From NCBI GenBank assembly GCA_000002435.2, contig CM018792.1: DNA of 64,000 nucleotides. One strand, given 5' to 3'. Each line of letters begins with the position of its first letter. The first letter of the stretch is position 1. The notes beneath the pieces are model-generated. The model did not search any database. It was given only the letters and a program-made list of their open reading frames with translations, and had not been told where the DNA came from. This stretch comes from Giardia intestinalis (taxonomy: Eukaryota). Shown piece after piece: positions 37,532-45,842 of the stretch. A program made the position numbers and the translations under genes.

Positions 37532-37981
37532 ATGGCCGGGTCTCTGCTTCCCCGCAACTTCGGCGTCGCCGAGAACGGCGCGCGGGTGGTCGACTTCAGC
37601 TCGCAGTACCACCACAACTCGGGGGTCCAGAACCTTGTGCGCCAGGATCCCTCGGTCTGCTGGTTCACGTCGGTCTACGCGCCCCTCCCCCAGCACGTCG
37701 TCATCGACATGGGCCAGCCGGTCTGCCTCACGCGCGTGGGCATCTTCCTCCACGGTGAAAACAGCCAGAACCCCCGGCGCGTCTCCTTTGCGTGCGGGGC
37801 CGACCCTGCCTGCCCCGAGCCCCTCGCCGAGATGGACCTCCCGCACCGGGGCGGAGACCACCTGTGCACCCTTCCGTCCCCCCGCGTGGCGCGCTTCGTG
37901 CGCTACACGATCCTCGAGAACTTCGGGGGCTCGGGCGCCTACACGACCGGACTCCAGCTCTACGGGGTCCCCGCCCAGTAA
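37532..37981 (+). CDS. small conserved protein (149 aa), possible galactose-binding/discoidin-like fold (IFT25-like?)
   Basis: Intact ORF with ATG 9 bp after the Sec31 stop. Size and a …VCW……NFGGSGAYTTGLQLYG… pattern are reminiscent of small discoidin-type domains. This assignment is speculative. Confidence 0.4.
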   Translation: MAGSLLPRNFGVAENGARVVDFSSQYHHNSGVQNLVRQDPSVCWFTSVYAPLPQHVVIDMGQPVCLTRVGIFLHGENSQNPRRVSFACGADPACPEPLAEMDLPHRGGDHLCTLPSPRVARFVRYTILENFGGSGAYTTGLQLYGVPAQ

Positions 37982-37994
37982 ACGACGGTTTACT
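37977..37994. terminator. palindromic paired poly(A) signals AGTAAACGACGGTTTACT (right copy)
   Basis: Overlaps the TAA of the small gene on + and sits 1 nt from the stop of the ankyrin gene on -. Confidence 0.55.
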
Positions 37995-40242
37995 ACAGGT
38001 AGCTGAACCTCGCCGGCCCTGCGTGGGCCTCGCGGTCCAGCTCTCCGAGCCCCAGGTCTCCCCCGACCGCCGACCGCCCGAGGGAGCCGCTGCGGATGAG
38101 GTTCGACATCTCGTCGATGAGGTCTGGCATCGCAAAGTGCTGGGAGCCCCGCGGGCCTGCGTCGCCGTCCTCAAGCGCCTTACTGGACTCGGTGGCCTTC
38201 TTGAGCGTGTCGCTCAGACGCTTGTTGCAGATCCACATGTCGTCGATCAACATCGAAATCACGGAGTTGGCCTCGGTCACCTTGCGCGACTTGTCGAAGA
38301 GCCGCTCGCGCAGGGCCTCGACTTCTGCGCGAAGGTCTGCGTAGCGCTCGACCGTGATGCCCTCGGCCTCGAACTGCTCCATCGCCTCCTGCATCCCGAG
38401 AAGGTTGCGCTGCATCTCCTCCATCTCCTCGAGGAGCTTCTTTGCGTCCTCGTGCTCTGCGCTCAGGGCGTCGAGCTCGCGGCGCGTCTCGTCCAGCTCG
38501 CGCGCCGCGTTGCCTCCCGCGGCTTCGGCCCGGGCCAGCTCTCCCTCGAGCTCTTTGACGCGCTCCTGGGCCGTTATCAGCTGCCCCAGGACGGAGTCGT
38601 CGCTGTTCTGGAGGTCTGTGATGTGCTTCTCGAGCTCGCGGACGTGTGCATTCATGAGCTCGACCTCGCCCCGCGCGGCCTCGACTTCCTGGCGGGCGGC
38701 GGCCTTGACCTCCTCGACCTCCTCCTCCATCGCCTGGGTGTCGCGGACCTTCTCTGCATACCTCGCCTCTGCGGCGGCAACCTTCTTCTCGAGCTCGGAC
38801 ATGTCGTACAGATGGCCCTTCATCTCGCGAATCGCCGCCGCCTGCTCGTCCACCTTTGCACGAAGGTCATCGCGCTCCTGAGCCACGACCTGGAGCTCGA
38901 CCCGGAGCTTCTCAAGCTCGCGGATCGCATCTCCCTGGGAGAGGATGTCCTCGATCGCCTGGAAGAAGCTGTCCGAGTCACGCACGCCGAGGAGATCTGC
39001 AAGGCGCTGGATCGCCTCGGTAAGGGGCTTGTCGGTGACCAGGTTGAACTCCTCGCTCCGGCTGTCGAGGATGAGGGCGGTGACGATGCACGGCTCGACC
39101 TCGTCCTCGTAGACCTGCAGAATCTCCTGGCATTGCCGGTGGCCGTGCTGGACGGCGATGTCGTATGCAGACTGGCCTGCATCGTTCCGGAGCCCGTGCT
39201 CGAGGGGAGCGAGGAGCCCGACGATAGGCGCGTGGCCGGCCAGGGCTGCGTGCTGGAGCGCAGTGGCCTTCCCGGGGGAGTGGCCGAGAGGCGCCGTGCT
39301 CTGGAGGTTGGCCTCGAAGGGCGCGAGGGCCCCGACGATCTCGAGGAAGCCCCGGTGTGCGGCGAACATCATCGCAGTTGTTCCGGTCTTGTTGGGCTGG
39401 GCATTTTCGGCGTCGATGAGGTGCTTCACGCACGCGAGGTGGCCTGCGTCTGCTGCGAGGATCAGGGCGGTCGAGCCCTCGTGGTCGCCGCAGCTCGGGT
39501 TGTCGGGGATCGCCGCGCCGACGTCCTCGGGCGTCCTTTCAATCAGCACTCGGACGGCGTCTGCGCGCCCGAACTCTGCGGCAAGCATGAGGGGCGTCTT
39601 CCCCGACGCATCCCGTGTTCCGCGGTAGAGGTCGGCGAGGAGCGTTACCGAGACGGTGGGGTCTCGCGGAGAGAGGGCGGCATAGTGGAGGGGTGTGCGG
39701 CCCAGGCAGTCCCGGGTCTGGGCGCCTGCGGCCACGTGGGCCCTCAGGGCCGGCTCGTTCAGATCGAGGGCGGCGAGAAGGGGCTCGGCGAGGTACGGCC
39801 GCTCCTGGTCGAACGCCAGGAGTGCCTTCGTGGTCGAGAGGTGGCCGCGGGAGGCGGCGATCTCAATGGCCGTCGCACCAGCTGGGTACCCGAAGGCCGC
39901 GGCGGAAAGCTGCCTCCCAGCCTGGTAGGGCGCGAGGGCTGAGACCGCCGCATCGTGGCCGTGCATGGCCGCCGACATGAGGGCGGTCCAGCCTGTGTCG
40001 CTCCGGATGTCCTTCTCGTACGGGAGAAGGTACTTGACCGTGCCTGTGTGGCCGCCCTGGGCTGCAAGGTGTAGCGCCGTGAGCCCGGGCCCGTCCGGGA
40101 GCACGGCCCCCTGGTACTGCTTGCAATGGACAACGGTGAACTTGATCTCTCCGGACCGCGCCGCCTCAAACCAGGCGTCGAGGTTTCGCTTGTATTGCGA
40201 GTCGTCGGGCATCCAGGAATTTTGTGTTGGCTGCAATTTCAC
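37993..40242 (-). CDS. ankyrin-repeat + coiled-coil protein, right copy (749 aa)
   Basis: Translation identical to 17926..20175. Only synonymous differences were detected via the other frames. Confidence 0.85.
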   Translation of the reverse strand: MKLQPTQNSWMPDDSQYKRNLDAWFEAARSGEIKFTVVHCKQYQGAVLPDGPGLTALHLAAQGGHTGTVKYLLPYEKDIRSDTGWTALMSAAMHGHDAAVSALAPYQAGRQLSAAAFGYPAGATAIEIAASRGHLSTTKALLAFDQERPYLAEPLLAALDLNEPALRAHVAAGAQTRDCLGRTPLHYAALSPRDPTVSVTLLADLYRGTRDASGKTPLMLAAEFGRADAVRVLIERTPEDVGAAIPDNPSCGDHEGSTALILAADAGHLACVKHLIDAENAQPNKTGTTAMMFAAHRGFLEIVGALAPFEANLQSTAPLGHSPGKATALQHAALAGHAPIVGLLAPLEHGLRNDAGQSAYDIAVQHGHRQCQEILQVYEDEVEPCIVTALILDSRSEEFNLVTDKPLTEAIQRLADLLGVRDSDSFFQAIEDILSQGDAIRELEKLRVELQVVAQERDDLRAKVDEQAAAIREMKGHLYDMSELEKKVAAAEARYAEKVRDTQAMEEEVEEVKAAARQEVEAARGEVELMNAHVRELEKHITDLQNSDDSVLGQLITAQERVKELEGELARAEAAGGNAARELDETRRELDALSAEHEDAKKLLEEMEEMQRNLLGMQEAMEQFEAEGITVERYADLRAEVEALRERLFDKSRKVTEANSVISMLIDDMWICNKRLSDTLKKATESSKALEDGDAGPRGSQHFAMPDLIDEMSNLIRSGSLGRSAVGGDLGLGELDREAHAGPARFSYL

Positions 40243-40266
40243 ATGAACTTGCGATCGGAATTTACA

Positions 40267-41559
40267 ATGGACCCCGAGAGCACCCTGCTTGGCGCGGCAA
40301 TCCAGGAGCTCTGGGCCATCAGCCGCCGCCTCGACGAGCTCTCGGCTCGGAAGGCGCCTCTAATGACCGCGATTGCGGTGCGCGAACAGAGGCTCGCCGC
40401 CCTCGAGGTCGCTCTCGGGGCCCCCACGCCCCGTCACAGAGCAGCCCTTGTGACGCGCAGCAGCGCCGTGTCTCTTGAGCAGGCGACTGCAGCCCAGATC
40501 TACGCGGGCCAGCCGCCCCTTCTCTACCTCCAGGACCGCGAGTCGCACATAGGCTCAACTCGCATGGCCCCGCTCCCTACAGACCCGTGCGCCGCCTTCG
40601 CGAGCGAGGAGGCCTCCAGCTTCGTCGGCTTCGAGCCGGCCTATCCAACGAACATCGCAGGGATCGGCGGGGTCCTGGGGCCCCGCTCGGGCATTCCCCT
40701 ACGCCTCCGCCCCGTGAAGAACCGCTTTCGCGCAAACGACGACCTTGTCAAGGGCCTTCGGACGCTTTCGCCCGCAGACGCACAGGGCGCGCCCTACTTT
40801 TCCCGCCCAGTTGTCTCCCCGGACGACGAGCACGACGACGTGACGCACCTCCAGGCGGTCCAGAACGTCGGGCTCTACGCCGCAGCGCCCCTGCTCCCGC
40901 TGGCATCGGCGCCTGTCGGGCCTTCGAGGACACACGCCCGTCAGCGGCAGTTCAGCGTCGTTGGGGTCAGCAAGGCGGTCGAGGAGGCCTTCGAGTTTGC
41001 AAACATCGAGCGCCTGGTGGCAGACCTCAACGACGACGGGGTGCCGTCTGCGGTTGAGCCCTCCTCGGCCGCGCCTGTGCTTCCTCGGGCCCGCGGGTCG
41101 CTTGCGGGCAGAGGTGGGCGTGCGCCGGGGATCTGCCGCCTCTCCACGCACCGCGGAGTGCCCAGCCGCCCGGCCTCTGGGGGCTCTGCATTCGACGAGA
41201 CCCGTCGCATCGTCGGCGAGATGATGGCCGGCAGCGCCGCCCCCACGCTCGACCGTCTGCGCCGCGCATTTGCAGACCGAAACCTCCGACTGCGACGAGC
41301 GCTCGCCGCGCGCCTCGAGACCCAGGTGCTCTGCCTCCGCTGGCAGCGTCTGGAACGGCCCCTGAGTCGCCCGGTAGACAAGACCCTCGACCTCCTTTGC
41401 AAGCACCGGCTCAACAGCCTACCCGGCTTTGCCACGAGTAGTTTGCGCCTGATGAACCGAAGCAGGCGCCACGGAGTTGCGTGGGAGGGGTTTACACCGG
41501 TCACAGGCTCCTCCCCCGGCCCCGGAACTCCTCGGCAGGAGGCGGAAGTGTCTCTGTAG
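40267..41559 (+). CDS. hypothetical protein (430 aa), right copy
   Basis: Identical to the left copy. Confidence 0.45.
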   Translation: MDPESTLLGAAIQELWAISRRLDELSARKAPLMTAIAVREQRLAALEVALGAPTPRHRAALVTRSSAVSLEQATAAQIYAGQPPLLYLQDRESHIGSTRMAPLPTDPCAAFASEEASSFVGFEPAYPTNIAGIGGVLGPRSGIPLRLRPVKNRFRANDDLVKGLRTLSPADAQGAPYFSRPVVSPDDEHDDVTHLQAVQNVGLYAAAPLLPLASAPVGPSRTHARQRQFSVVGVSKAVEEAFEFANIERLVADLNDDGVPSAVEPSSAAPVLPRARGSLAGRGGRAPGICRLSTHRGVPSRPASGGSAFDETRRIVGEMMAGSAAPTLDRLRRAFADRNLRLRRALAARLETQVLCLRWQRLERPLSRPVDKTLDLLCKHRLNSLPGFATSSLRLMNRSRRHGVAWEGFTPVTGSSPGPGTPRQEAEVSL

Positions 41560-42313
41560 GCCGGACGTCCTCGGGCCCGTCCTCGCTGGCCACGAGAGCC
41601 TCGTCCTCCGGGGACAAAGGCCTCCTGAAGGCTCTTCGCGGCAGGACATACGCTGCGACGACGCCCGAGAGCGTGTAGGGAACGCCCTCCCAGGGGGGAT
41701 AGAGCATCACCTGGGCCATGAGGACGGTGACGAGGATGACGCCCCACGCCGGGATGGGGCACCGGAAGCAGCAAGTGAACGACTTATGCCCGGACAGCCG
41801 GATCCCCATAATCGTCAGGAATACCAGCAGGGGTCCGGGCCCCATGTTCGCATTGCTTGTCCACTGGGCGGCGAAGTACGGGACGTCCCGGAGGCCGGGG
41901 GTGAGGGCGAGGAGGGCCGTGAGGGCCGACGTCAGAAGGGAGACGCAGGGGACCGCAAAGGCGAGGAGCCCGAGAAAAACCTTCCAGCCGACGGTCCGCT
42001 CCAGTAGGAACGCAGAGTTCCAGCCGATCAAGGCGAAGAGGGCTCCCTGGAAGACGGACTCCGGGAGAACAGGGGCGCTGACCAGCCGCCAGAGCTCCAG
42101 GTCCTTGTATGCACGCTCCATATTGATGGAGAGCCAGATTGCAGCCTGGAAGCCCCCCGCCAGCGAGGCCAGCGACAGGGAAAGGCCGGCGAGCAGCTCG
42201 AGGGCAAGAAGGCAGAGTGCACACCGGGGCATCGCGAGAAGCGCAGCTCCGAACCTGTGGCAGCATCCCGCTGGCCGTGCCGGGGGGTCGTCAGGTTGCA
42301 TGCCGGGGGGCAT
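41501..42313 (-). CDS. rhomboid/derlin-like membrane protein, right copy
   Basis: Identical to the left copy. Confidence 0.45.
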   Translation of the reverse strand: MPPGMQPDDPPARPAGCCHRFGAALLAMPRCALCLLALELLAGLSLSLASLAGGFQAAIWLSINMERAYKDLELWRLVSAPVLPESVFQGALFALIGWNSAFLLERTVGWKVFLGLLAFAVPCVSLLTSALTALLALTPGLRDVPYFAAQWTSNANMGPGPLLVFLTIMGIRLSGHKSFTCCFRCPIPAWGVILVTVLMAQVMLYPPWEGVPYTLSGVVAAYVLPRRAFRRPLSPEDEALVASEDGPEDVRPTETLPPPAEEFRGRGRSL

Positions 42314-42324
42314 CAAAATTATAA

Positions 42325-43665
42325 ATGCCTATCAGCGATGGCATCCCGACGGCCATCCTCACAGCCCACCGGGGACGCATTCGGGCGCTGCTTCTGACAC
42401 TCCACGGCCAGCTGGGCCTCCGGGAGGTTGTCTTTGCAGCCCTGGCCAACCTTTCCCTGCTCGAGCCCCCAGGGCCCGCTGCGGCACCCACGCCCCTCCC
42501 CGACTATGATTGCTGCGAGCTCTACCAGGTCGTCACCAGGTCTCGCCGTAACCTCCTCCAGTGGCTCCCCCCGCTCCACTTGACCCTTGAAGACCTCCGG
42601 CGTGTCCAGACGCGTGTCCGGGGCGACGCCGAGCTCCTCACGTTCTTCCTTGTTGTGAAGCAGCACGTCACCCGGCTCCGATACACCCACCCCCTGGCAC
42701 AGCCTGGAGGTCCCGGGCTGGCTGCCGCCCCCGAGGCAAGCGCCCGCTGTCGGGACATCGGGTACGCCGCAGCAGACCTCCGAGGGTCAACGCGCGCCAG
42801 TCTGGACCCCGCAGACCTTCTGGGCGGCCCCTTGGAGGACCCGGCGCTGGCTGTCTGCCGCACCCTCCGGGGCCTTCATCCGGCTCCCTGGGTCCTTCCC
42901 ATGGGCGTCCTTGCGCAGCACTACGGCACGTTTCTGCAGCGATCCGGGGTCCAGGGGCCGTTCTTTGTGCGCGTCGTCCAGATGCCCCCGATCACGCCCT
43001 CGGGTGGCCAGGAGTCTCGCCGGCTGTTTTCGCGCCGCCAGTTTCTTGAGGTCGGGCTGTACGTGCGGGCCGGAAGCACGCTCTACACGCTCCTCCTTCC
43101 TCTCGTGGCCGTCGGGCGCGCCCTCCATCACCTCGCCGTGGCCACTCGACTTGCCGCCCCCTGGCCGCTGCTCCTGTCTCCAGACCTGCTCCTGGCAGTC
43201 CGTGTCTCCCCCATCGGCTTCGCCGTCCACGTCCTCTCGACGTTCTGGACCGTCTGCGTCATCTACATCTTTCAGCTCGCGAGCGTTCCCAGCCTCGCCG
43301 CCCTGGCCGCCCTCTACTGGAAGACCTACGTCGTCACGTACGCCGCCAAGGCCCTCATCTACAGCACCGCGAACTTCCTGCCGCCCGCGCCAATCGTCGA
43401 GTTCATCAAGTCTGCAGACCCCGTGGGGGCCGAGGGCGTCCTCTACCACGCGTTCTTCGACGACTTCTTCCGCGAGGACTGCGAGCAGCGGGCCCATGGG
43501 GGCTACCGGAGGGTCGCGCAAGCCCCGGCTGTCTTCAAGCTCCTCGAGGAGGCGAACATCAATCTTCCGCAGCCCCAGGGGCCCCGCATGCACAGCGCCG
43601 CAAGGCTTGTGCTCCTGCTGTTGGCCACGCTGCTTCCAAGCTTCGACCCTCAGAGACGCTTCTAG
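42325..43665 (+). CDS. multi-pass membrane protein, right copy
   Basis: Identical to the left copy. Confidence 0.6.
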   Translation: MPISDGIPTAILTAHRGRIRALLLTLHGQLGLREVVFAALANLSLLEPPGPAAAPTPLPDYDCCELYQVVTRSRRNLLQWLPPLHLTLEDLRRVQTRVRGDAELLTFFLVVKQHVTRLRYTHPLAQPGGPGLAAAPEASARCRDIGYAAADLRGSTRASLDPADLLGGPLEDPALAVCRTLRGLHPAPWVLPMGVLAQHYGTFLQRSGVQGPFFVRVVQMPPITPSGGQESRRLFSRRQFLEVGLYVRAGSTLYTLLLPLVAVGRALHHLAVATRLAAPWPLLLSPDLLLAVRVSPIGFAVHVLSTFWTVCVIYIFQLASVPSLAALAALYWKTYVVTYAAKALIYSTANFLPPAPIVEFIKSADPVGAEGVLYHAFFDDFFREDCEQRAHGGYRRVAQAPAVFKLLEEANINLPQPQGPRMHSAARLVLLLLATLLPSFDPQRRF

Positions 43666-43672
43666 TCAAAAA

Positions 43673-44623
43673 ATGGAAGAGGTCGTCATTGCCACGGGGA
43701 GCTACGACGGGTCGATCAAGCTCTGGCGGCCGACCTCTGAAAGTGCGCTCCGCACGCTGAACTTCGGAAAGGTCGCCAACGGGCTGGCCCTCAGCGCGGA
43801 CCGGAAAGTCCTGCTTGCAGCCGGGTTCTCCGCCACGACCGTTTATGACCTCGGCTCTGCCGGGCGGGACCCAGTCGCCGCCTTCGACGGACACCTCTCC
43901 AACGTCACAGGATGCTGCTTTCTCCAGGGCGACTCGACCGTCGCCAGCGTGGGCGAGGACGGACGCCTTCTGCTCTTCGACACCCGCGGGGGGAAGCAGA
44001 CTAGCTGCATCGTCCACGACGCGGCCCTCAACACGCTCTCTGTCGCGTGCGACCGGGGGGATGCGGCGCTCCTCGTCACGGGAGATCAGGAGGGTCGCCT
44101 GCTTGCGTACGATCTGCGCCAGCCCCGGCACCCCTTCGCAACGACGGTCGCGTTCGAGTGCGACGTCGGCGTCCGTTCGGTCAGCTGCGCCCCGGGGGCT
44201 CAAATCCTCGCGTGCTCTGACGGGCGGGGCATCGTCCGCGTCTACGCCTACAAGGGCAGCAGCCACTTCTTCGCGCCTCAGCAGTCCATCCAGGCGCACT
44301 TGGATGCCGTGATGCACGTCAACCTCTCTCCGGACGGGGCCGTCCTGGCGACGTGCAGCGCCGACAAGACTTGCAAGATCTGGTCCGTTGCTCTTGAGGA
44401 GGACTGCTATCTGACGCGCGCCCGCGTGCTGGGGACAAACGAGGCCACGGTCTGGGCGAGCGCCTTTAGTGCGGACTCGGCGTGCATCATCACGGCCGCA
44501 GACAAGAGCGCGAAGCTCTGGAACATCGCGGGCGACCCGACCGACAAGTATGTCTACGCCTACAACGGGCACTCGCACACCGTGACGACGGTGGTTCTCG
44601 GAGACGTCCGCCTTCCCCTGTGA
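43673..44623 (+). CDS. LST8: LST8 (TOR complex WD40 subunit), right copy
   Basis: Identical to the left copy. ATG at 43673 lies 7 nt after the stop of the upstream membrane-protein gene. Confidence 0.75.
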   Translation: MEEVVIATGSYDGSIKLWRPTSESALRTLNFGKVANGLALSADRKVLLAAGFSATTVYDLGSAGRDPVAAFDGHLSNVTGCCFLQGDSTVASVGEDGRLLLFDTRGGKQTSCIVHDAALNTLSVACDRGDAALLVTGDQEGRLLAYDLRQPRHPFATTVAFECDVGVRSVSCAPGAQILACSDGRGIVRVYAYKGSSHFFAPQQSIQAHLDAVMHVNLSPDGAVLATCSADKTCKIWSVALEEDCYLTRARVLGTNEATVWASAFSADSACIITAADKSAKLWNIAGDPTDKYVYAYNGHSHTVTTVVLGDVRLPL

Positions 44624-44657
44624 TTCCCTGCGCCGTTCCCTGCGCGCCTGCAAAAAG

Positions 44658-45842
44658 ATGCTCTATAGCGCTTCAGATGTCGAACGCGTTCCTACGGACT
44701 CCCGAATCTGCGTCCTCCTGACCACCCTCTTTACCGTCCCTCCCGGCGGCGATCCTGCCGAGCCGAGCCAGCGGTGCCCGCGCAAGACGTTTATCTCGGC
44801 GATCCTCGAGGGCTCTGGCCGCGGGCTGCAGGGCTCCTGGGAGGAGGTCGCAGAGCCCGTCTGCCTGCTCGAGGCGTACGATCCCGCCCTGCCCTACGCG
44901 ATCCGGGTCGCAGCGGGCGCCGGCCGGGTCGCCCGGGACCCGACGCTCCCTGCCTCGCACTACCTCTATGCCGCACACAAGCAGGGCCTCTCCGTGGGCT
45001 GCCCACACTATGTCCGGGGCTGCCTCCTCTACTGCGCAGTCTGCGGAGAGCGCTCTCCATGCCGCTTCTGCCACGATGCCTCCCACGACGACCACGAGTT
45101 CCCGCGGACCCGCACGGCAGAGGTCTTCTGTCTCTTCTGCCGCGCCACCGGCCCCATCGGGCTCCGCTGCACACACTGCCAGATGCCCTTCGGGACGCGC
45201 TACTGCGAGACGTGTCGCCTCATCTGCGGAATGGGCCGCGAGGGGCGTCCGAGCTTCCACTGCGCCCGCTGCGGGACGTGCCGGCAGGGCCTTCCGGGGT
45301 ACTCGGAGCACTGCGAGCGTTGCGGGACATGCCACACAGTCGCCCTTGGCCAGGTTCACGCGTGCGCGCCGGACCCCGGGAACTGCGTCTACTGCCTCGA
45401 CGGCCTCCGGGACAACATCTACCCGTACATCGTCCTTCCCTGCGGGCGCCACTCGTGCCACCGCCACTGCTACGAGGCCGTCTTTCGCCTGGGTGGGGCG
45501 AACTACAAGTGCCCGGTCTGCCGCCGGCTCGTCCTCTTCGGGCAGGACAGGGAGCTCTACGAGGCGCGCCTGGAGGAGCTCCGGGGATCGCTTGCGGTCC
45601 CGCCCGAGTACCGGGGCGTCTTCGTCGACTGCGCATGCCACGAGTGCGGCGGGCTCTTTGTCGCCCGGCGCCACCACCTCTACCGCTGCCCGGGCTGTGG
45701 CTCCCACAACGCCGCCGAGCGCGGGCTCTTCAGAGGCGCCGCCGCAGACGCGCGCCGCGCAATCGCGCTCCAGGCCCGCTCCGGGGCGTTTACTAGAACA
45801 GGGCGTCAAGGGCCGCCTCCAGCTGGGCCCCAAACTGGGTAA
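44658..45842 (+). CDS. CHY zinc-finger + RING E3 ligase, right copy (394 aa; tail …GPQTG)
   Basis: Same domain set as the left copy. Differs by at least two nonsynonymous SNPs (L/P in the CHY finger, A/T near the N-terminus) and by the C-terminal tail. Confidence 0.8.
   Translation: MLYSASDVERVPTDSRICVLLTTLFTVPPGGDPAEPSQRCPRKTFISAILEGSGRGLQGSWEEVAEPVCLLEAYDPALPYAIRVAAGAGRVARDPTLPASHYLYAAHKQGLSVGCPHYVRGCLLYCAVCGERSPCRFCHDASHDDHEFPRTRTAEVFCLFCRATGPIGLRCTHCQMPFGTRYCETCRLICGMGREGRPSFHCARCGTCRQGLPGYSEHCERCGTCHTVALGQVHACAPDPGNCVYCLDGLRDNIYPYIVLPCGRHSCHRHCYEAVFRLGGANYKCPVCRRLVLFGQDRELYEARLEELRGSLAVPPEYRGVFVDCACHECGGLFVARRHHLYRCPGCGSHNAAERGLFRGAAADARRAIALQARSGAFTRTGRQGPPPAGPQTG

Larger units (their letters stand above)
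37493..45826. repeat. right arm of the inverted duplication (~8.33 kb); probable ancestral copy
   Basis: Reverse complement of 12342..20644 plus an extra 31 bp (37517..37547). Both junction-spanning genes (Sec31 3' end / small-gene start, and the 825-aa gene 3' end) are intact only on this side. Confidence 0.9.

Noticed and set aside
12342-45826. Interpreting the inverted arms as terminal inverted repeats of a giant transposon or a viral/plasmid insertion
   Set aside because: The arms consist of ordinary eukaryotic housekeeping genes (LST8, E3 ligase, ankyrin protein). No transposase, integrase, reverse transcriptase or target-site duplication is evident, and the spacer genes (Sec31, GPN GTPase) are cellular.
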